This document shows positions 48,501 to 60,521 of a stretch of DNA of 64,000 bases, piece after piece (position 1 is the stretch's first letter; every line of letters begins with the position of its first letter). The position numbers were made by a program, and so were the translations under genes. Origin of the DNA: Zootoca vivipara (lineage: Eukaryota); assembly GCF_963506605.1 (NCBI RefSeq), contig NC_083285.1:71982001-72046000 (forward strand), read 5' to 3'. Under the pieces are notes generated by a model. It was not told where the DNA came from. It made no database searches and saw nothing but the letters and a program-made list of their open reading frames with translations.

Positions 48501-50485
48501 GCAGTCACGAAATTAAAAGACGCCTGCTTCTTGGGAGAAAAGCAATGACAAACCTAGACAGCATCTTAAAAAGCAGAGACATCACCTTGCCGACAAAGGT
48601 CCGTATAGTTAAAGCTATGGTTTTCCCAGTAGTGATGTATGGAAGTGAGAGCTGGACCATAAAGAAGGCTGATCGCCAAAGAATTAATGCTTTTGAATTA
48701 TGGTGCTGGAGGAGACTCTTGAGAGTCCCATGGACTGCTAGAAGATCAAACCTATCCATTCTTAAGGAAATCAGCCCTGAGTGCTCCCTGGAAGGACAGA
48801 TCGTGAAGTTGAGGCTCCAATACTTTGGCCACCTCATGAGAAGAGAAGAATCCTTGGAAAAGACCCTGATGTTGGGAAAGATTGAGGGCACTAGGAGAAG
48901 GGGACGACAGAGGACCAGATGGTTGGACAGTGTTCTCGAAGCTACGAACATGAGTTTGACCAAACTGCGGGAGGCAGTGCAAGACAGGAGTGCCTGGCGT
49001 GCTATGGTCCATGGGGTCACGAAGAGTCGGACACGACTAAACGACTAAACAACAACAAACAACATAAAGGAGATTCCTCTACCTTCTGAGGGAGACTGTT
49101 CTACTGTCAAACAGCTCTTACCATCAGTACTAGTTACAGGTAGGTAGCCATATTGGTCTGATGCAGTCAAAACAAAATAAAAATAAAAAAATCCTTCCAG
49201 TAGCACCTTAGAGACCAACTATGTTTGGCATAGGTATGAGCTGGTATTTGAAGAAGTGTGCATGCACACGAAAGCTCATACCTATGGCAAACTTAGTTGG
49301 TCTCTAAGGTGCTACTGGAAGCTCTTACCATCAGGAATCACTTCTCCTTTCTTGTAACTTGAATCCATTGGTTTGGGTTCTACTCTCTGGAGCAGGAGTG
49401 AACAAGCTTGCTCCATCTTCCATGGGACAGCCCTTTAGATATTTGAAGACAGCTATCATATCTTCTCTCAGTCTCCACTTATCCAGGCCAAACATACCCA
49501 ACTCCCACAACCATTCCTCATAAAGCTTGGTTTCCAGATCCTTGGTGATCTTGCTCGTGAATATCCAACTTGTGAATATCCTTCTTAAATTGTGGTGCCC
49601 AGAGCTGGACACAGTGGAGCATACTAGTTGGGTAAGAGAGCTGGAGGGGTGGATCACATCTGGCAATCAATGTTCCCCTTTGCTTTCAGATAGTACATGG
49701 GTTGTTGTTTGTTGTTGTTTAGTCGTTTAGTCGAGTCCGACTCTTCATGACCCCATGGACCAGAGCACGCCAGGCACTCCTGTCTTCCACTGGCTCCCGC
49801 AGTTTGATCAGACTCATGTTGGTGGCTTCGAGAACACTGTCCAACCATCTTGTCCTCTGTCGTCCCCTTCTCCTAGTGGTTCCCTCGCTACGAGAAGCCA
49901 AGTTACAGGGAACCAGGCAGAGGGCCTTCTCGGTGGTGGCACCCACCCTGTGGAATGCCCTCCCACCAGAGGTCAAAGAGAACAACAATTACCAGACCTT
50001 TAGAAGGCATCTCAAGGCAGCCCTGTTTAGGAAAGCTTTTAATGTTTGATTTCTGTATTTTAATGTTTTGTTGGAAGCCGCCCAGAGTGGCTGGGGGAAC
50101 CTGGCCAGATGGGCGGGGTATAAATAAATTATTATTATTATTAACAATCCAGGGGTCCTTTACTTCTTTTTTTATTGGCATTATTTTCTGCACTCCCACC
50201 CCACTAGTATGTTTAATTAGGGTTTCAAAAACTCCAGTTAAACTTTAGCCTCAAACTGAAAATGATTCTGGGCTGAATCCTGGTTGGGCAGGATTTGTCC
50301 CCAAACACCTAAAATGGCCAAGATTGAGGGAAAGGAAGAGCAAACTCACAGTCGGCCAGGCTGATGCCGTGGTATTGATCCAGTCCATGCTGTTTCAGAA
50401 GTGCAGCCAGTTCACATTTCTCAAACACTTTGCCTTCCTTCACTGAAATGAGGAGGCAGAAGAGCGTGAGGACCAAAACCTTCAT
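41153..50485 (-). CDS. c-type lysozyme paralog B (147 aa, calcium-binding type, acidic); exons 50485-50350, 46409-46248, 43902-43824, 41219-41153
   Basis: Exons of 136/162/79/67 bp splice to MKVLVLTLFCLLISVKEG-KVFEKCELAALLKQHGLDQYHGISLADWICTAYHESKYESSAVGPPNTDGSQDYGVFQINSRYWCDNQQGETANGCRISCSAFTDDNITDDIECAKTVVRDPQGMDAWVAWKNHCKGKDLSEWTIGCSL; catalytic E and D intact; AATAAA at 40917-40912. Confidence 0.94.
42909..43249 (-). mobile_element. Sauria SINE
   Basis: Near full-length match to the other copies. Confidence 0.88.
45475..45735 (-). mobile_element. L2-type fragment
   Basis: LKDQVRSLGDILDSQLSMEAQVSSVSRAAVYQLHLVRRLR; (CAA)n adjacent. Confidence 0.75.
46686..46940 (+). mobile_element. hAT MITE, same family as 33039-33293
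   Basis: Shared internal sequence; degenerate TSD CTCTAACA/CCCTAGCA. Confidence 0.8.
47226..49064 (+). mobile_element. RTE-BovB LINE with 5' end retained and endonuclease region deleted
   Basis: 5' UTR plus MTLEDEPLRSEG...IGTWNV joined directly to KFLKDDAVKVL (~47630); stop at 47852; RT to 49048; (CAA)n tail. Confidence 0.93.
49066..49625 (-). mobile_element. CR1 3' fragment (3' terminus at ~47105-47210), interrupted by BovB and a Penelope mini-element
   Basis: LGMFGLDKWRLREDMIAVFKYLKG; AGAATC-type terminal repeats near 47110. Confidence 0.8.
49128..49319. mobile_element. Penelope fold-back mini-element with hammerhead (C3>U)
   Basis: Inverted arms; 15-bp TSD AGCTCTTACCATCAG at 49113-49127 and 49320-49334. 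Confidence 0.85.
49700..50143. mobile_element. BovB 3' end (minus, 49700-49876) abutting an L2-type 3' end (plus, 49877-50143)
   Basis: (TTG)n tail with RTRWLDSVLEATNMSL; L2 3' end with (TTA)n tail. Confidence 0.8.
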
Positions 50486-50534
50486 CTCTGCAGCTCCCTG
50501 GCGTGATGTTTGAGTTCTCTTGGATTCCTAGTGG

Positions 50535-50542
50535 CTTTTATA
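50535..50542 (-). promoter_or_regulatory. TATA box of lysozyme B
   Basis: TATAAAAG about 50 nt upstream of the ATG. Confidence 0.75.
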
Positions 50543-51695
50543 GTCCAGAGTTCCTGGAGTGTCCAAATGGTAAACAGGATGGTGATTGTGATATGTGCAT
50601 GTGTGGCAATAGCAAAAAATGTTGCAGTTCTGAGTTGAGCTGTAAAGTAAGAAGCATGTATCAAAGCACACAAAACAAAGCCTCAACATTTACTCATCAT
50701 GGAATAAAATTAAAATAGGCAGGAAAACTGAACACAGAATCACAAGTTTTGGATGTGCCTTAATCAACAAATCATTTAATCATCCATTGCCACATATTAC
50801 ATGAGAGATGATACAATCTCATATCTATATTCCCAGAGGCTGGAATCCCAGAATACTCCAACTATAATTTTGCCTCCCAGCAACTACAGTTTAAGGGTTG
50901 AACTGTTGTGGCTCCAGAGGTGATATATACAACCAACCAGCTTGGTTGGTTTCACACAAGGTTAGATTACTTATCTTAGAACATTTGAGTAATTCTTTTA
51001 AAAATAAATACATTACCAGGAAACCCCCCCAATTGTCTCTATTTTCCAGTGACATCCCTGATTTAGAGAAGTTGTCCTGGTTTCTGATTTGATCCCAGAA
51101 TGTCCCACTTTTCCTTAGGATGTCCCTATTTTCATCAGAGAAATGTTGGAGGGTATGGAGTTATCTGACCCCCCAAGCCATCTGAAGGCAATCCTGTACA
51201 GGGAAGTTTCTTACGTTTAATGTTTTATTGTGTTTTAATATATGTTGGAAGCTGCCCAGAGTGGCTGGGGCAACCCAGAAAGATGTGTGGGATATAAATA
51301 GGAAAATTATCATTATGGAATGGGACATTCCTATTTTCATTAGATAAATGTTGGAGGTATGCATTACAAAACCCGGCATCTGAATAGGGTTCTCTTGCAG
51401 CAGGGCCTTTTCTCTGTTGATTTTGTAGCTGGGCAATTTCTCATTTTCTGCACATATCTTATTGCTGTCTCCCAGGATACTTGGAGGTAAGGTCCAACAG
51501 CATCTATCCCTCTCCTCTGCCACCCAAACAGCCTGAGCTGCACATTTTGGGGATTTGGGGTTCAGGGGCTTGCACAAGGGAGTCTGGGGGTGGAAATTAT
51601 TGTGAGGCAACCAATAGACAGAGAAAAAAGAGAAGCTTTCTGGAGACAAAAAAGGGACCAGTATAGAACTTTAATATCACAGCCATGAACAATGT

Positions 51696-51795
51696 GTATA
51701 TCTGAAGAAGTGTGCATGCACACGAAAGCTTATACCCAGAACAAACTTAGTTGGTCTCTAAGATGCTACTGGACAAAAAAATTGAATATATAATT
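51696..51795 (+). mobile_element. ~100-bp Penelope hammerhead insertion
   Basis: Begins GTATATCTGAAGAAG; 16-bp TSD CAGCCATGAACAATGT at 51680-51695 and 51796-51811. Confidence 0.85.
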
Positions 51796-52290
51796 CAGCC
51801 ATGAACAATGTTATTCTTGGCCAGCTGCCCTCTGCTTTTAGAGCTCTGCTCTGTTATTCTATTGCGGTGGCTCTCAAAGGGTGTGGTGGGAAACAAGGGC
51901 ATGGTGGCAGACGATGGCAACTGGGGTGGGAAGATTCAAGGACAATCAATATTATATTTGGGGAAGGATTCGTGTTCTCATGTAGCTGCATAGTTTTATA
52001 TTTTCTGGATGTCCCATTATCATATTATAAAGTAGTTGTGTTCCAAGTTATAAATCAAGCACTGCTAGTTGTTTCCCTCCCCTGTCTCATGTAATTCTTA
52101 TCAATAAAAAATTCAGTGTAGTGCAAGCAAATTTCTATTCTGAAAGTGTGCCCAAGAGAAATAAAGTTTGAGATCCACTATTCAGTGATTGAAGGAGACT
52201 AGGAGTAGAAGGATTTGTCCATTTTGGTTTCCTCAGTTTCACAGTTTTCCAATCTCAAATTCAGTTCATGACATTTCTGCAGCAATTTGC

Positions 52291-52327
<37 letters not shown>

Positions 52328-52397
52328 TCCTAATGAAAATTCATCAGTATTTTAGTGTGATTTTCTCAAAAAAACACATTTCTGTATTCACTTTGAA

Positions 52398-52560
52398 GTT
52401 GTTGTTGTTGTTGTTGTTGTTTAGTCGTTTAGTCGTGTCCGACTCTTCGTGACCCCATGGACCATAGCACGCCAGGCACTCCTGTCTTGCACTGCCTCCC
52501 GCAGTTTGGTCAAACTCATGTTCGTAGCTTCGAGAACACTGTCCAACCATCTTGTCCTCT
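52398..52560 (-). mobile_element. BovB 3' end
   Basis: (TTG)n tail and BovB 3' sequence. Confidence 0.88.
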
Positions 52561-53456
52561 GTACTTTGAAATTATGTACACATTTTTGAAAGCATTTTCC
52601 TCTAATAGAAGGCATTTTTGTATGTTATTTTCACTAATACATTAATCTTTATGCACACTTTCTTTAATATATGCATTTTTGCAAACCTTGGTTGGAGAAG
52701 TGCAACACAACATTCAGGTAAGGGCAGATTTCAAAGGGTACCTGTGTTTCAATTTGTGTACTGTGTCATAAGGTGTGAATAGATTTGTCTTTAAAATGCT
52801 AATGAAATTGAATACCTCCCCCCATTCCTACTGGAGACCGGTAACATCAACCCTCCAAGTTTCCCTATTTTCCAGGGATGTCCAAGTTTTACAGAAGTTG
52901 TCCCAGTTTCTGATTTGATCCTAGAATGTCCCGCTTTTCCTTAGGGTGCCCCTATTTTATCAGAGAAATGTTGGAGGGTATGGAGTTACCCAACCCTTGA
53001 GCCATCTGAATAGTATAGGGACTTTAAAAAAATGTTTAATGTTTTATTATGTTTTTATATGTCTTGGAAGCTGCCCAAAGTGGCAACCCAGTCAGTTGGG
53101 TGGGGTATAAATAGTAAAATTCTTATTCTTATTCTTATTCTTGAATAGGACATCTCTATTTTCATCAGAGAAATGCTGAAGGGTGTGTAACATTTCCCCA
53201 AAGAAAGCTGAAGGCATTTCAAAAGAGGGATCATTTCTTGTAACATGCAACACTCCCTTACATCCAGTTTCACCAGCTTGTTCAGGTGTTTTTTGGGTTT
53301 TTTTCCATTGTTGCAAAACCTGAATGAACAGTCTATTTCCAATGTGCCACTTTTGCATGTGTTCATTCCTAAGTCCTTTCTTCTCTGTTGCCTTATTTGC
53401 CTTAAAAAATTCCACAAACCTTCATATTTAAACATATCTCTGAACATATTGACCTA

Positions 53457-53545
53457 AAATAAAAAAATACCTTCAGTAGCACCTTAAAGACCAACTAAGT
53501 TTTTATTTTGGTATGAGCTTTCGTGTGCATGCACACTTCTTCAGA
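53457..53545 (-). mobile_element. 89-bp Penelope hammerhead insertion
   Basis: Begins TCTGAAGAAG on the minus strand; 11-bp TSD ATATTGACCTA at 53446-53456 and 53546-53556. Confidence 0.85.
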
Positions 53546-55675
53546 ATATTGACCTATTTATTGATTATACATCCTGCTGGGGGTTTTTTTGCACAAAGTT
53601 TGTGAGCAAAGTAGACAACATTAACTAGTCACTGAGCATTCATTCTGAATATTTTTGGGGGAGCTTATTTGAGGTTGCATCAAACAATTGCTGACCTCCA
53701 TTTTCCAGTGCATTTCTCTACCACTTTCTGTATTGCAAAAAGTCTGGGGTTTTGGTGGGGGGGGCAGGGGGAGAAGAGGAAATATAATTTTGCAAAATAA
53801 TGCCCAATCAACTTTTGCCAAATCAACAATTGCAAAACCTGAATATGTTGGTATATGATTGAATTCCAACTGAAAGGAGTGAAAATATGAAAGTGTTCCT
53901 AACCCAGGTCTGAATCCAACGTCTGTTGTGCTTCCTGGCTGTTCCTTCAACAGTCCCTTTCTAGACTACTTTTATAGCAAAACTATGCATTTTATTCTGC
54001 AGTGCACAATTGAAAATGCCTTCTTGAGTGGAGAGCTGCATTGCAACATTTGGAGAAGGGTGAAATCGGAAGGATCTGCACATTAGCCCAGGAGCTGCAG
54101 GCTGGGTCAGAGCAAGTCAGGTCAGTTCATACGGGAAATTGCAAACAACTTCTCTATCTGTCCTGAACTGAACAGAGGAGACTCCGGGGGATGTTTCTCG
54201 GATGAAGGGTCACATTCCCTTCTGAGGGCCAAACGCAAGTGGTGGGCGAGGCCAGAAGCAAAAGCAGGAGAACAGTGACTATACCTTTTGCATTTGTACA
54301 GATTAGTTTCTACACACACTCACACACCCTTCTTTATGCCCCTTTCAAGGAAGCAAGAGTCATTTTCAGTCTTTGAGGACACATTCCAGCCAGGACAAAG
54401 CACTCAAGGAAGGGTGCAAAGCATGGGCAGTGAGGGGCCCGGCAGAGTCCTGGTGTGAAATGAAGCCAGAATGCTTCTGAATAAGAGCTAGAGGGAGAGG
54501 AACAGAGTCCAGTCAAAAGTCCTAGCTGAGCCCCTGGCAACCTTGTGGTGCACAGGTTCTATATCTCTCTAGCATACCATCATTTCTCCCATGCTCTAAC
54601 GCTGCTTGCAAAGTTCATACTAATATGAGCTTCAGTTTGGTGAATGCACATCCACCCAGAGTTGGGCTTAAATTTGCTCAGAAAATAATTTCCATTTTTC
54701 TGAGGGTTTTCTTTTAGGGGTTCTCCCTGAACTGATGGAAAATTTCAGCCACATGCCACCATCATCCTGAGAGTATTTAGCAAAATAGCCCACACCAATT
54801 TCCCCCCCAAAAGTGGAGAATAGGGATCCACTGTAAACATTGCTCACTCTTATTTTTGACAGCAGGAATGGGTTTGTCTTCTGTCCCTTTCTACCTTAGC
54901 CCATTGCTTCATTCGTCTAACAACATGAATTCACAAAATAGTAAATAGTACCCCTCCTTACTAACTGAGCTGAAATTTCTTAGAAGAGAATTTTCTTTTT
55001 TTGCCTCCTCCCCAACTCTTTCAAAATTCCACTGGCCACCAGAGAACATGCACACATACGCCAGTTTGCTGCTCACAAACAGGGTGGATAATTTTGGAGG
55101 CTAGTTTTGCTCATGTGCAGAAAAAAATATCCCACAAGGTGATTGCTCATAGGGGTTACATGAACTGAATCTGGTAAAGGAAAGTGAGTTTTCCATAGCT
55201 GCAAAGTGTTTTTCCGCTGTGTGAAACCTTCCTTCGCCCATGGCTTTGTAGATCTGCTTCACTACTAATACTGCACCACAGTAGTTACATACTGCAGTTA
55301 TAACTACTGTGGTGCATGAGAGAATATTGCCATACACAAATTGGTGGGCTTATTTTTTGGCAGGTTTGGCCTCATTTTTTCACTGTATTCTAATTGGCTT
55401 ATGTTATAGGTAGCTGTTTTGACTGGGTTTGTGTGTGAGAGAGTGTCCTTGGTTTTTCTTCCATAACATGGGTAATTTGTGGTTCTCGTTATAGTTTCAC
55501 AGAATTCTCATGTGCACCTAGGCCCCTCAAAATGGGTGACTCCTGGACTAGAGGGTCAAACCCACAATGACAGTTCAGGTTTACTAATGCTCTTACATAC
55601 CGGTATTTCTGCTCATGGCATTCATAACTGATGTAGGTCTATGTCACTTTGTGTTAATTCCGCTACAGATCAGGG

Positions 55676-56629
55676 ATGGGTCATGATCCTTCTATCAACT
55701 GTACCATGGTGACCGAGTTTGTCCTGTTGGGGTTCACTAGTCACCCAGGCTTGGCTCGACTGCTCTTTGGACTCTTCCTCCTGATGTTTGCCGTGACCTT
55801 GGCAGGCAACGGGCTGATTATGACTGTGGTGTGGACTGATCCTCTCCTCCATACCCCCATGTACCTCTTCCTGGGCAGCCTTTCATGCTCTGAGACAGCC
55901 TACACTCTGGTGGTCATACCACAAATGCTTGGTGACCTGCTGGCTCCCCAGAGGCCCTTTCCCTTGGCATCGTGTGCGGCTCAGATGTTCTTCTTTGTGG
56001 CCTTAGGGGTGGCTGACTGTCTGCTGTTGACAGCCATGGCATGGGATCGCTATGTGGCCATCTGTCACCCACTACACTATGGGGCCTTCATGAGCCAACG
56101 GATTTGTTGGTGCTTAGTGATGGGGTCTGTCTGTGGTGGTTTCATTCTTTCTTCCTTCCTCACTGGAGTGATTTTCTCTTTGCCATTTTGTGCGCCCAAC
56201 CATATCCCCCATTTCTTCTGTGACATCCCTCCTGTGCTGAGCAGGATATGTCCTGGCTATGGAACTATGGAAATTCTCGTTACAACCTTGGTTGCCATGA
56301 TCCTCATCATCCCTTTCTCCTTCATCATGCTGTCTTACGGGTGCATTTTGATGGCTTCCTTGCACATGAGCTCGTCTCAGTACTGTCGCAAGGCCTTCTC
56401 CACCTGTGGAGCCCACTTGACAGTGGTCTTTCTTCACTATGGCTGTGCCATCTTCTCATATGCCAGACCCAAAGGCAGCTATATTGAAGGCCAGGACCAT
56501 ATCCTTGCGGTGTCTTACACTGTTCTCATTCCCATGCTCAACCCTCTGATCTACACTCTAAGGAACAATGAAGTGAAGGGAGCCCTTAGGAAGATGATGT
56601 GCCGGGGTTGCCTTATTCCTAAGGGGTAG
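55676..56629 (+). CDS. Olfactory receptor, intact (317 aa, class II, family-10-like)
   Basis: Single exon; LHTPMYLFL, MAWDRYVAICHPLHY, HFFCD, KAFSTCGAHL, PMLNPLIYTLRN; N-glycan sequon NCT. Confidence 0.96.
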   Translation: MGHDPSINCTMVTEFVLLGFTSHPGLARLLFGLFLLMFAVTLAGNGLIMTVVWTDPLLHTPMYLFLGSLSCSETAYTLVVIPQMLGDLLAPQRPFPLASCAAQMFFFVALGVADCLLLTAMAWDRYVAICHPLHYGAFMSQRICWCLVMGSVCGGFILSSFLTGVIFSLPFCAPNHIPHFFCDIPPVLSRICPGYGTMEILVTTLVAMILIIPFSFIMLSYGCILMASLHMSSSQYCRKAFSTCGAHLTVVFLHYGCAIFSYARPKGSYIEGQDHILAVSYTVLIPMLNPLIYTLRNNEVKGALRKMMCRGCLIPKG

Positions 56630-57040
56630 AGGAAATGTTCCACTGAAAATTAGGTGGAATCTTCTTTCTTGTAGTTTGAATCCATTGCTCTGCATCCGCT
56701 TCTCTGGGGCAGCAGAAAACAACCTTTCTCCCTCCTCTATATGACATCCTAGATCAAGGAGGGAGAAAGGTTGTTTTCTGCTGCTCCAGAGAAGCGGACA
56801 CGGAGCAATGGATTCAAACTACAAACTACAAGAAAGAAGATTCCACCTAAACATTAGGAAGAACGTCCTGACAGTAAGAGCTGTTCGACAGTGGAATTTG
56901 CTGCCAAGGAGTGTGGTGGAAGTCTCCTTCTTTGGAGGTCTTTAAGCAGAGGCTTGACAGCCATATGTCAAGAATGCTTTGATGGTGTTTCCTGCTTGGC
57001 AGGGGGTTGGACTGGATGGCCCTTGATTCTATGATTCTAT
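56630..57040. mobile_element. CR1 3' end with inverted duplication
   Basis: Minus arm ~56649-56744, plus arm ~56757-57040 ending GATTCTATGATTCTATG. Confidence 0.85.
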
Positions 57041-57814
57041 GGTGTGGGGTTAAAAGTGTGATTGTGTTTTACTATCTGTTTTTGATGATGTGTGTTCTAA
57101 CGCCTTTGTGAACTGGTCTGATATTTTTCTACAGGGAAGCTGCTATCCTGTTGTTGGATAGGGTTGGGCTGTTACCTGGGAGACCAGCGTTCGAACCCCC
57201 TTCAGCCATGAAGCTCATGAGTGACCTTAGGCCATTCACCATCTTATAGTCTAACCATGTACACCACCTTGAGCTCATGGGGGTGAGGGGAGGCGGCTTA
57301 TAAATAAAATGAATAAATAAAAATAAAAAGCTTGTCTTAGTTGTGTTCTTGACAACTATAATCATGCATTGTCTGGGTCTGGTGCTTGGTTACGCACTTC
57401 CAGGGTGCCAAGCCCTGGGGCCCAGCAAGAAGACAGCAGGAAGATGAGGGCTGAGGAGAGGACTTTGGGAACAATTACTTCCCAAACACTTCCCTCCCCC
57501 TCCTCTGCCTAGTTTTGTGAGGCGTAAGGGGTTGATACCATCTGCTCCATGAAGCCCACAAGGTTCAAGGTAGAGTGAGACTCTAGAGGGAACCATAATT
57601 AAGATTACAATGTTTTAAAACAGCCCTCCTCAGCCTGCTGCTCTCCAGCTATTTTGGTCTACAACTCCCATCAGCCCCAGCCAGTATGGGTAAGAGTGAG
57701 AGCTGGAGGGAGATGTAGTCCAGCACCAACTGGGAGTGGACAGCATGTAGGTGAAAACTGTTTTGGAATGTTTCCAATGTCCCTCTGTTCTACGATATAA
57801 GACACTTGGAACAC

Positions 57815-58425
57815 AGTTCTCTTTCTCAAGCTCTGGGAGGAAGACCTTTCATTGCCTACAGACAGCCACCCAATCTTAAACAACTTCTCACCCACAATAA
57901 TACCACCACCAGACTTAACATGGACACTGGTACCAGAGCCTGCAATAAACCCAGATGCCAACTTTGCTGCCACATACACCCGGACAACACCATCACTGGC
58001 CCCAACAACATCCAACATACCATCTCAGGACTATTTAATTGCTCATCTTCTAACATTGTGTATGCCATCAAATGCCAACAGTGCCCTTCAGCGCTCTATA
58101 TTGGACAAACAGGCCAAACCCTACGCCAAAGGATAAATGGACATAAATCTGACATCAGGAATCACAAGACAGAGAAACCAGTAGGAGAACACTTCAATCT
58201 CCCAGGACATTCTATACAAGATCTCAAAGTAGCTGTCTTATTACGGAAAATTTTCAGAAACAGACTGGAAAGAGAAGTTGCTGAATTACAACTCATTACC
58301 AAGCTTAAAACCATGGAGAGACCTGGTCTGAATAAGGACATTGGATTCTTATCTCATTATACTGTACATGATAAAGCTTTCTTCGGCCATCTCACCCCAT
58401 GCTTTTTCCTGCAAGACCAATTGCA
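57815..58425 (+). mobile_element. Penelope fragment (linker plus GIY-YIG)
   Basis: Near-identical to 22445-23040. Confidence 0.92.
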
Positions 58426-59344
58426 GCTCTACCTCTCTTTCAAATCAGGACCAGTGAAGGCGGTGAAGGTCCTGTGTGAGTGCCTGGAGGCGGTTGGAGG
58501 ATGGATGGTGGCTAACAGATTGAGGCTGAATCCTGACAAGACAGAAGTACTGTTTCTGGGGGACAGGAGGCGGGCAGGTGTGGAGGACTCCCTGGTCCTG
58601 AATGGGGTAACTGTGCCCCTGAAGGACCAGGTGCGCAGCCTGGGAGTCATTCTGGACTCACAGCTGTCCATGGAGGCGCAGGTCAATTCTGTGTCCAGGG
58701 CAACTGTCTATCAACTCCACCTGGTACACAGGATGAGACCCTCCCTGCCCGCAGATTGTCTTGCCAGAGTGGTCCATGCTCTGGTCATCTCCCGCTTGGA
58801 CTACTGCAATGCGCTCTACATGGGGCTACCTTTGAAGGCGACCCAGAAACTACAACTAATCCAGAATGCGGCAGCTAGACTGGTGACTGGGAGCGGCCGC
58901 TGAGACCACATAACACCAGTCTTGAAAGATCTACATTGGCTCCCAGTATGTTTCCGAGCACAGTTCAAAGTGTTGGTGCTGACCTTTAAAGCCCTAAATG
59001 GCCTCGGTCCAGTATACCTGAAGGAGCGTCTCCACCCCCATCGTTCTGCCCGGACACTGAGGTCCAGTACCGAGGGCCTTCTGACGGTTCCCTTGTTGCG
59101 AGAAGCCAAGTTGCAGGGAACCAGGCAGAGGGCCTTCTCGGTGGTGGCGCCTGTCCTGTGGAACACCCTCCCATCAGATGTCAAAGAGAAAAACAGCTAC
59201 CAGATTTTTAGAAGACATCTGAAGGCAGCCCTGTTTAGGGAGGCTTTTAATGTTTAATAGATTACTGTATTTTATTTTTCTGTTGGAAGCTGCCCAGAGT
59301 GGTTGGGGAAACCCAGCCAGATATGTGGGGTATAAATAATTTAA

Positions 59345-59393
<49 letters not shown>
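58426..59393 (+). mobile_element. L2-type LINE 3' half
   Basis: LRLNPDKTEVL, SRLDYCNALY, LHWLPV; (TTA)n tail. Confidence 0.88.
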
Positions 59394-59396
<3 letters not shown>

Positions 59397-59706
59397 TGAG
59401 ACCGACACTGGCTTCCCATCTGCTAGTGGGTCAAGTTCTTGCACACTTATATAGTGTCCAAAGCCCTGAGAAGTTGGACCAGGGTGGTCCAACTGTTCAG
59501 GCCAAGTGGACTACAAGGGTACTTTGACACTGAACCCATGGGCCACACGATGAATTAAATTTCCAAATCTTTAATTAAAGTGTTTGCAATATAGTTAAAA
59601 CACACAATTAGTATATTTAATTGAATAGATTTAAAGTATGTATTAAATAAAAGCTGCCCAGAGTGGCTGGGGAAACCCAGCCAGATGGGCGGGGTATAAA
59701 TAATAA

Positions 59707-59754
<48 letters not shown>

Positions 59755-60466
59755 GAAATCAGATTGTGTTTATGGCTGTTTGTAAGATAACATGGTTGCC
59801 TGAGAGCCCCCTTTGGATGGCAAGGCCAGAGGATTCCTCCCCAGAGGTGGCAAGGGGCCAAAGGAGATCCTCTCTGGCTCTCCATCGAGATGCTCTTAAA
59901 TGCCTGACAAGCATCCAGTGCCGTCCAGTGTTTTACTGTCAGACTCTGCATAAAGAAAGAAATAGCCCAGAATTTCACGGGTGGGACTAAGCTGTACTCT
60001 CTTTGCATACAACTATTACAGAATCATGCTGGCGACAAGAAATAGAATTAACTGCTTAGTTGACTCATGCCTAGGAATTGTCTGGGCATGAGAGGGGCAA
60101 TCGCTGGGCTTGACCCAAATCTCCCCAGGATAACAATGGTCTTTCATGATTTTCCAATACAGTATATTGGTCTCAAGTTACTCAAGGGGTTTAAATGTCA
60201 ACAACAAAATGACACTTAACTTTTATTTAAAAAATGATTTGTAGTTCTGTATTTTTATATGAATTTATATTGCCTTTTTCTTTCCTGGTTATGTCTTATG
60301 TAAACTGCTTAAAGATTTCTTTTTACATAACTGGTATAATTCATATTAATATGCCCAATTCCAATGTTATGATGTGCCATTTTTTGTGTTCTGCTCTGTT
60401 ACTGCTTTGTTGTATGCTGCTTTCAATGCCATATGGATAAAAATATGTCTTTAAAAATCCATTCAA

Positions 60467-60521
60467 ATACATACATACATACATACATACATACATACAT
60501 ACATACATACATACATACATA
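60467..60521. repeat. (ATAC)n microsatellite
   Basis: About 13 perfect units. Confidence 0.95.
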
